Below are positions 58,143 through 64,000 of a DNA stretch of 64,000 bases, piece by piece. This stretch comes from Acidobacteriota bacterium. Lineage in GTDB: Bacteria > Acidobacteriota > Blastocatellia > RBC074. Position 1 is the stretch's first letter; every line of letters starts with the position of its first letter. A model generated the notes under the pieces. It worked only from the letters and a program-made list of their open reading frames with translations. It did not search any database and had not been told where the DNA came from. Where the stretch lies: the NCBI GenBank assembly GCA_016789605.1, contig JAEUQO010000284.1, positions 8,205-72,204 on the forward strand, written 5' to 3'. Made by a program: the position numbers and the translations under genes.

Positions 58143-58523
58143 ATGCCAACCCATGAAGTAATGATCGAAATGGGCTTTTCGTCGGCGCACGCGTTGCGCG
58201 GCTATCAGGGCAAGTGCGAAAACACGCACGGCCACAATTACAAAGTCGAAGTATATGTGCGCGGGCAAAAGCTCAACCACATCGGCTTGCTGATTGATTT
58301 CAAAGAGTTGAAATCCGCCACGAAAAAGCTCGTGGATTATCTGGATCACAAAAACATCAACGAGCTGCCGCCGTTCGACACCGAGGTCAATCCGTCGGCA
58401 GAGGAAATGGCCGTCTTCTTCCTGCAGGAAGTCGGACGCCAGATCAACGACGACCGCGTGCAGGTATACAAAGTGCGCGTCTGGGAAACCGACACTTGCG
58501 TGGCGACCTACACCGTTGACTGA
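58143..58523 (+). CDS. queD: 6-carboxy-5,6,7,8-tetrahydropterin synthase (PTPS family)
   Basis: GAGGAGG Shine-Dalgarno. PTPS motifs C..THGHNY and the His/Glu catalytic residues. 126 aa. Confidence 0.85.
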   Translation: MPTHEVMIEMGFSSAHALRGYQGKCENTHGHNYKVEVYVRGQKLNHIGLLIDFKELKSATKKLVDYLDHKNINELPPFDTEVNPSAEEMAVFFLQEVGRQINDDRVQVYKVRVWETDTCVATYTVD

Positions 58524-58551
58524 CCGCATTTATCACAAGGAGTAAAACACC

Positions 58552-58803
58552 ATGGCAGAAAAACAATCTTCGGGCAGCCCCTTTGATTATCTGGTGGATT
58601 CGTTCTGGGCGAGCTTGCCCGAAAAGACGGCGGACGAACTGGCCACGTTCAAAAAAGACGTGCTGTTAGGCATCAAAGGCGCGGTGGATTGGCTCATTGA
58701 CGAACAGGTCAAATGCACCGATCAGCACCTGGAAAACGCGCGCCGCATGCGTGAGCAATACCAACAAAAAGAAGCTGAGAGTGCGCCGCCCAATCCGGCG
58801 TAA
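58552..58803 (+). CDS. small hypothetical protein (83 aa)
   Basis: AAGGAG Shine-Dalgarno 8 nt upstream of the ATG. No recognisable motif. Confidence 0.5.
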   Translation: MAEKQSSGSPFDYLVDSFWASLPEKTADELATFKKDVLLGIKGAVDWLIDEQVKCTDQHLENARRMREQYQQKEAESAPPNPA

Positions 58804-58814
58804 CCCAGGCCGAG

Positions 58815-59993
58815 ATGCCTGTGCGGCCATCGGCGGCCTTGCTGGTCATGAATGAATGCAAACAACAGTTTGACGTGTTGATCGTCGGCGGCGGCGTCAT
58901 CGGATGCAGCATCGCCTGGCGGTTGGCGCAAAGCGGCCAGCGCGTTGCCATCTTTGAACGCGGCGACGCGGGCAAGGAAGCTTCGTGGGCGGCGGGCGGC
59001 ATGCTCGCGCCGCTGGCCGAAGCCGACCGCGCGGACGAGTTTTTTGCGCTCTGTGTCAAAAGTCGCGCCCTCTATGCTGATTTCGCGGCGGAGCTGAAAA
59101 CCGCCACCGGCATTGACATCGAATATCGCACCGAAGGCACGTTGTTTCTGTCGCTGACGGAAGCAGACGATCACGAACTGGAAGAACGTTGGCGCTGGCA
59201 ACACGACGCCGGGTTGAACGTCAAACGGCTGGACGCCGGTTGCGTACGCAAACTGGAACCGACCATCAATGAGCGGTTGCGCTGGGCGTTGAAATTCCCT
59301 GACGACCATCAAGTCAACGCGCGACAGTTGATGCAAGCGACGTTATCAGCAGCACAAGCAGCAGGCGTTCAGGTGTTCGCACAAACTGAAGTGCGCCGTT
59401 TGCTCAGCGATTCACACGCGGGCAAAAATCGCATTGTCGGTGTGGAAACCACGCAAGGCGTATGGCAAGCCCCCGTGGTCGTGTTGGCTGCGGGCAGTTG
59501 GTCGAGTTTGCTGGCAGAAGCCACGCACTTGCCCGTAACACCTGTGCGCGGCCAGATGGTCGCCGTTGCCAGCCCCACACCGGCAGTACGACACGTCATC
59601 TATTCTCGTCGCGGGTATGTGGTACCGCGCGCCAGCGGCTTTTTGATTGCGGGATCAACCACCGAACAGGTGGGATTTGATCGGCGGGTAACGGCGGGCG
59701 GTGTGGCTTCGATCATTGCGCGCGCCGAAGAGATTTTGCCGGGGTTCGGCGATCTGGCGCTGCTTGAAACCTGGGCTGGCGTTCGCCCCGGCTCAGCCGA
59801 CGAAATGCCCGTTCTCGGCGAAGACCCTGCTGTCGCCGGTCTGATTTATGCCACGGGACATTACCGCAACGGCATCCTGCTGTGTCCGATCACGGCGCAA
59901 CTCATCAGCGAGCTGCTGACCAAGGGCGAAAGCTCTGTCAGCCTGACGCCGTTTAGCGTGCTGCGATTTGCACACCGCCGGGCCGTCGGCTAA
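58815..59993 (+). CDS. FAD-dependent oxidoreductase, glycine-oxidase (ThiO)-like
   Basis: FAD-binding GxGxxG (VLIVGGGVIGCSIAWRLA). DAO family length. The true start may be the internal Met at 58848. Confidence 0.75.
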   Translation: MPVRPSAALLVMNECKQQFDVLIVGGGVIGCSIAWRLAQSGQRVAIFERGDAGKEASWAAGGMLAPLAEADRADEFFALCVKSRALYADFAAELKTATGIDIEYRTEGTLFLSLTEADDHELEERWRWQHDAGLNVKRLDAGCVRKLEPTINERLRWALKFPDDHQVNARQLMQATLSAAQAAGVQVFAQTEVRRLLSDSHAGKNRIVGVETTQGVWQAPVVVLAAGSWSSLLAEATHLPVTPVRGQMVAVASPTPAVRHVIYSRRGYVVPRASGFLIAGSTTEQVGFDRRVTAGGVASIIARAEEILPGFGDLALLETWAGVRPGSADEMPVLGEDPAVAGLIYATGHYRNGILLCPITAQLISELLTKGESSVSLTPFSVLRFAHRRAVG

Positions 59994-60570
59994 GCGCCAG
60001 AAACAATCCGACCAGCGTTTTGGCGTCGCTGATGTCTCCGTTGCCGATCATCGCGGTGATTTCGGCACCGCTAAACCCGCGAACTTCATAAATCACTTCG
60101 CCCACATCCAGCGCCTGTTCTCGCGGCTGCAATTCGCGCGCGAGAAAAATGTGCATCAGTTCATCGCTCAGCCCCGGCACAGCGTAACAATCGGCCAACA
60201 ATTCAAATTGCGCCGCTTGATAACCGGTTTCCTCCAACAACTCGCGCGCCGCACATTCTTCCGGTGTTTCGGTCGCCAGCATGCGGCCCTGTGTTTCGCG
60301 CCCGCTCAAGGTTCCGGCGGGCAATTCCCACAACGCCGTATTGACGGCATAGCGAAATTGCCGCATCAGCAAAATGCGGTCGTCGTCCAGTTGCGGCACG
60401 ATCACGCAAATGCCCGGATGCCGCAAACAGGCGCGCGTAACCAGCTCGCCTGTTTGCGTGTTGCGGATGGTTTCGCGGTTCACCAACCAGCGCAATTCGT
60501 CGCCGTGTTTGGAAGGCCGCACTTCGCGATAAACCGTTTCAGCCTGTAACCATTCAAAAGAAGCGCTCAT
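59953..60570 (-). CDS. NUDIX hydrolase (ADP-ribose pyrophosphatase-like)
   Basis: Nudix box GTLSGRETQGRMLATETPEECAARELLEETG. Its 3' end overlaps the 3' end of the convergent oxidoreductase by about 40 bp. Confidence 0.75.
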   Translation of the reverse strand: MSASFEWLQAETVYREVRPSKHGDELRWLVNRETIRNTQTGELVTRACLRHPGICVIVPQLDDDRILLMRQFRYAVNTALWELPAGTLSGRETQGRMLATETPEECAARELLEETGYQAAQFELLADCYAVPGLSDELMHIFLARELQPREQALDVGEVIYEVRGFSGAEITAMIGNGDISDAKTLVGLFLALSRRPGGVQIAAR

Positions 60571-61078
60571 TTTTCGGTTCTGCGCGGTCCGGTCAGAAAC
60601 GGTTTGATGGTGGCAAAAGTCCCATCCGCCGCGCCCGAAATCTGTTCCAGGTTGAGTTGCAGTTCCTGCGCGTCCACGATGCGCAAGGTCAAATCCGTGC
60701 GCACAAACAAATCGCCATCGCTATCAATGCCGACTTTGACCCGGTCAAAGTCATCGTTCAAAACCATCAGCTTCTGCAAGGCATCCACTGTCAACTTCAG
60801 CGCCTTCTTTTCCGCGATGGTCGCCGTCAAAATCAGCATGCCTTCGTGGCCGATGACCAGCACGTTGAATTCGCCAATCTGATCGCCTTTGTAACGAATG
60901 AGCCAGACGTTGTCCGACGCCTTGCTGTAATTCAACCCGGTCGCTTCGAGCATCTGCACGATTTTGCCCGCCGCAGCTTTATCGAGTACGGGTTTCTGCT
61001 GCGCGGCAGCCGGAACCACCAAGCCAGCCAGCAGCAAACACAAAACAGGGAGCAACGTGACAAAGAGTTTTTTCATGT
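60567..61078 (-). CDS. secreted YbjN-like (type III secretion chaperone-fold) protein
   Basis: Signal peptide then the YbjN-like pattern (WLIRYKGDQIGEFNVLVIGHEGMLILTA). Its stop abuts the Nudix start, so the two look like an operon. Confidence 0.55.
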
Positions 61079-61151
61079 TATGGGTGTTCTCCTCAAAAGA
61101 TTGGCCGGGCAACCTTACCAATCGCCTGGCCAGACGGAACGCACTTGGCGT

Positions 61152-64000
61152 TCATTGTTTTCGGTTACGGAACGAAATCATCACAAAGCCGCCAACCAGC
61201 AGCAAACTGACCAAGGCACGCGCCCAGGTCGTCGCGCTCAAATTCGGCACGCGCAAGCCCCAGTTTTGCGCGGTTGTCTGTGGCCGACGCGGTCGTGGCG
61301 GCACATCGTCCGTCACGGTGTATAGCTGACCGTCACGGATGTACATGCGCCGCATTTCTTCCAGGTTAAAGGGACGCGCGCCGCGACGGTTGAACACAGA
61401 CAATTGATTGCCGGTTTCATCCACCGCCCGGTCACGATCCAAACCTTTCGACAAAGCCAGCGCTTCGCCTTTGAGCTTGAAGGTCGCAATCAGGCGCGGC
61501 GTCGGTTTGGGCGAAAAACCGTAAATGTTCGGGTTCTCTTCGGGCGACATCAGTTGCACCACGCGCAATCCGTTGATGCCGTCGGCCACATAGGCAAAGA
61601 GCGAATTGGCCACCATCCCCAACTTCACATCGTGCGCATCGTTGATTTTGCCGTCAGCATTGAAGGTCTGATCAATCTTTGGCTTTTCGGGCTTTTCGAT
61701 GTCCACGATGATCAACCCGTTTTTGCCTGCTGCGACATAGGCATAAGTGCGCGCCAGATAAAGGTTATGCGCATCTTCCAGCCTGAGCGTCGCCGCTTCG
61801 ACCAATTTCGGCTGTTCGGGCAAAGTGATGTCAATCAGCTTCAAGCCATCGTGATCGGTCACCCAGGCATAGCGGAATTGCACCGCCACCGCCGTCGGCT
61901 GGTTGAATCCGCCGAGCACAGTCACCAAACGCGGTTCCAGCGGATTGTTCAAATTGATCACCCCCACGCCCCGGTCACAGGTGATATAGGCGTAATACCC
62001 GGCGATGGTGATGCTGGAGGCGCCGTTGAGCGCTCCGTCAGGATTGAAGGCGAGCGCGCGTTTCAGGAAGTTGTTGCGCGGGTCGCCATCGAGCAAGGTC
62101 GCCACGCCTTTTTTCTTGTCGCCGATGACAACCAGCCCTTCGTATTTGTCGCTGACATACAAGAACGCGTACAGCGGATGGATCGGCTGCCCGTCGTCGC
62201 GGTTGATGGCTTCCTGATTTTCGGCGCGGTGCTGCCGCGTCGGATCAATCGCCAGCGTCGAAGGCGACGCAACGCCCGTCGCATATTTCGTGTCCACGTA
62301 AAACCGCTGCCCCAGAGGCGAAACCGGCGCGGTCGTGATGCGTTCGCTGAAACCTTTGTTGTCAATGTTGGCGATGTCATACACGCGCAAGCCGCCTTTG
62401 CCGTTGGCGACATAGGCATACTCGCCGCGAATCTGAATGCCGAGCGCTTCGTTGTTTGTCGTGTGCTCGTAAGCTTCCGTCAACTGATCTTCGCGTTTGA
62501 CGTGTTTGTTGTATTCCTCCGGATACGCCAGCTTGTGCAAGCTGGAACCGATGACCGCCTGCGGTTCGTCGCGTTCGGTGACAACGACCGCGTGAATGCC
62601 GTGCTGTCCCGCCGCCACCCAGGCAAACCGTCCGATGAAGTTGACGAAATTTGTCCCCTGCATCAGCAATTGCGCCATCAAGGCATTGTTGTCATTCGTC
62701 TTGGCAACGTGGCAATCGGTACAGACTTTCGTTTCTGAGGTGCTGACGGTATGCGGCACAAACGTGCTGAACGCGTGTCCGCTGTAACCTTCAGAAGAAA
62801 CGGTCTGCTGCTGCGAATACAGCCATTCGCGATTCTGGTTTTGCGAACCGACCAACACGGCGCAAGTCGAACGCGTCGGCGCAATGCGATGACCGGTAAC
62901 AGTGCCGTCTTTGCCCAGCATATAAATGTCATCGCGCAAGGTCTGGAAGTTGTATTGCGTGTAATTACGCAAATTGTCCTGGCCTTCGTTGTGCAACATC
63001 GGTTTCTGTTTGTTGGCAGTCATTGGCAAATGACAGCCAAAACAACTGGTCGTCCACGACGTGTGACAGGAGTAACAGGTCATGTTGCTGTTGGCGTGCG
63101 CCAGCTTGTTGTCCGCCACGGTGGTATCAGCCCAGGTTTTGCCATCGCGTTGCACGGTTTTGGCATACGCCGAAGCGTCGTTGTAATCGCGGCTGCGATA
63201 TTGCACATCCTGATCGCCAATTTTGACCGTACGCGATTGCACGGCGGTGTCTATCGTTTGCACCACGCGCCACCACTTGCCGGGAATGACGAGCGAGTTT
63301 TGTACGACGTCCCCAGGGCGAAGCTGCACTTCGCGTTCTTTGCCATCCTTGTCGAGTTCGGGTTTGCCGTCTTCGCCGATGACTTTGCGCGCGGTCGCCT
63401 GTTGTATGCGCTGGAACATCGGAATCGAACGCCCGCGTTCGTTGCGTGTGCGCACTTTGGTCAGGTCTTTGGTGACGTTGATGACCTTGCCTTTGAATCG
63501 CGCCGTGCCTGCCGCTGGCCCGGAAGCTTGCAAGGTCGCAGGCGCATTCACCGTGCCGTGACAATCAATGCAATCCACCTGAATGGCGGCGCGCGGTTCG
63601 TTATAAAGATTGCCGTTGCCGTGTACGTCAGAACCGACGTGGCAATCAGCGCAATGCATGCCGTATTTCTGATGCACGTCTTCCAGATGCACGCCCTTCT
63701 TGAATTTCTCCGGGTCTTCGGGCGCGATTTTGGCGCCGCGCGAATTCAGCATGTTGCCTTTTTTGTCGGTCTTATAGACATTGCGAAAGACCCAGCCGTG
63801 TCCGTGAAAATCGCCGAATTGCGTACGTTTGGCTTGCGGATTGACCGTCATCCACATGTCGCGCAAAAAGTCTTTGTCCTGTCCCCATTTGCCGCGCAAC
63901 GCAGAACCTTCCGGATTGCGAAATTGAATCTTGTCTTTCTGCTCTTCGCTCAATTTCGGCTGTTTGGCGGGATACATCAAATCGCCGTCGGTTTCGTTGT
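61152..64000 (-). CDS. multihaem cytochrome c (at least 5 CxxCH) fused to LVIVD-type beta-propeller repeats and a C-terminal TM anchor; 5'-partial (continues past window end)
   Basis: CADCH, CIDCH, CYSCH, CFGCH and CTDCH are all present. There are five or more repeats of the form YAYVA.G..GL.V(V/Y)DI. The C-terminal hydrophobic helix is [16 protein letters not shown]. There is no signal peptide at the in-window Met, so the N-terminus probably lies beyond 64000. Confidence 0.8.
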   Translation of the reverse strand, partial: NETDGDLMYPAKQPKLSEEQKDKIQFRNPEGSALRGKWGQDKDFLRDMWMTVNPQAKRTQFGDFHGHGWVFRNVYKTDKKGNMLNSRGAKIAPEDPEKFKKGVHLEDVHQKYGMHCADCHVGSDVHGNGNLYNEPRAAIQVDCIDCHGTVNAPATLQASGPAAGTARFKGKVINVTKDLTKVRTRNERGRSIPMFQRIQQATARKVIGEDGKPELDKDGKEREVQLRPGDVVQNSLVIPGKWWRVVQTIDTAVQSRTVKIGDQDVQYRSRDYNDASAYAKTVQRDGKTWADTTVADNKLAHANSNMTCYSCHTSWTTSCFGCHLPMTANKQKPMLHNEGQDNLRNYTQYNFQTLRDDIYMLGKDGTVTGHRIAPTRSTCAVLVGSQNQNREWLYSQQQTVSSEGYSGHAFSTFVPHTVSTSETKVCTDCHVAKTNDNNALMAQLLMQGTNFVNFIGRFAWVAAGQHGIHAVVVTERDEPQAVIGSSLHKLAYPEEYNKHVKREDQLTEAYEHTTNNEALGIQIRGEYAYVANGKGGLRVYDIANIDNKGFSERITTAPVSPLGQRFYVDTKYATGVASPSTLAIDPTRQHRAENQEAINRDDGQPIHPLYAFLYVSDKYEGLVVIGDKKKGVATLLDGDPRNNFLKRALAFNPDGALNGASSITIAGYYAYITCDRGVGVINLNNPLEPRLVTVLGGFNQPTAVAVQFRYAWVTDHDGLKLIDITLPEQPKLVEAATLRLEDAHNLYLARTYAYVAAGKNGLIIVDIEKPEKPKIDQTFNADGKINDAHDVKLGMVANSLFAYVADGINGLRVVQLMSPEENPNIYGFSPKPTPRLIATFKLKGEALALSKGLDRDRAVDETGNQLSVFNRRGARPFNLEEMRRMYIRDGQLYTVTDDVPPRPRRPQTTAQNWGLRVPNLSATTWARALVSLLLVGGFVMISFRNRKQ

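Noticed and set aside
61404-62738. 444 aa plus-strand ORF
   Set aside because: Antisense to the multihaem cytochrome gene, whose CxxCH motifs and LVIVD repeats are only in the minus-strand frame.

Overview
This 64 kb window is high-GC (about 58-60%) bacterial chromosome, most likely Acidobacteriota of the Koribacter/Solibacter type. The phylum call rests on what I recognise as Solibacter-type C-terminal domains (TIGR03437-like, recalled from memory) on three proteins. Coding is dense on both strands. I found no rRNA, tRNA, CRISPR array, transposase or integrase.

Most of the window is core housekeeping:
- ileS-lspA-lgt
- valS
- nadC and birA
- rlmD
- comEA/comEC
- tatA
- greA
- mdh and icd
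- rpe
- a bamD-like gene
- yvcK-glmU-glmS
- ruvX-mltG
- queD
- an isocitrate/isopropylmalate dehydrogenase-family enzyme

Interspersed are several less ordinary loci:
1. A glycan-export cassette with no wzm permease in view. It couples a GT4-glycosyltransferase/SAM-methyltransferase fusion to a Wzt-type ABC ATPase that carries a C-terminal carbohydrate-binding domain. A secreted D-aminoacylase and a truncated HAS-barrel-like protein follow, all inserted directly downstream of ileS-lspA-lgt.
2. Two very large secreted proteins. One is a PD40 beta-propeller protein with two C-terminal Solibacter-type domains. The other carries a near-identical 783 bp intragenic tandem duplication. A cytoplasmic-looking SAM methyltransferase bears the same kind of C-terminal domains.
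3. A GT9 (heptosyltransferase-like) protein with an unknown 150-200 aa N-terminal domain.
4. An Ntn-hydrolase acylase (penicillin/AHL-acylase family) next to a LysR regulator and an ATP-grasp-like hypothetical.
5. A partial multihaem cytochrome c (at least 5 CxxCH) fused to LVIVD-type beta-propeller repeats and a C-terminal transmembrane anchor.
6. A roughly 1 kb AT-rich island holding a self-contained small gene with its own Shine-Dalgarno sequence and terminator.

At the nucleotide level there is a striking cluster of six consecutive perfect hairpins in the first 500 bp, and many clean intrinsic terminators, including a 46 bp perfect palindrome between convergent genes. A shared TTGACA-N21-AATGCC promoter-like motif containing TTTGCGCACG sits upstream of both tatA and the GT9 gene. 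Short tandem and direct repeats lie in two divergent promoter regions.

Long arginine-rich ORFs antisense to the genes listed here are treated as shadow ORFs.
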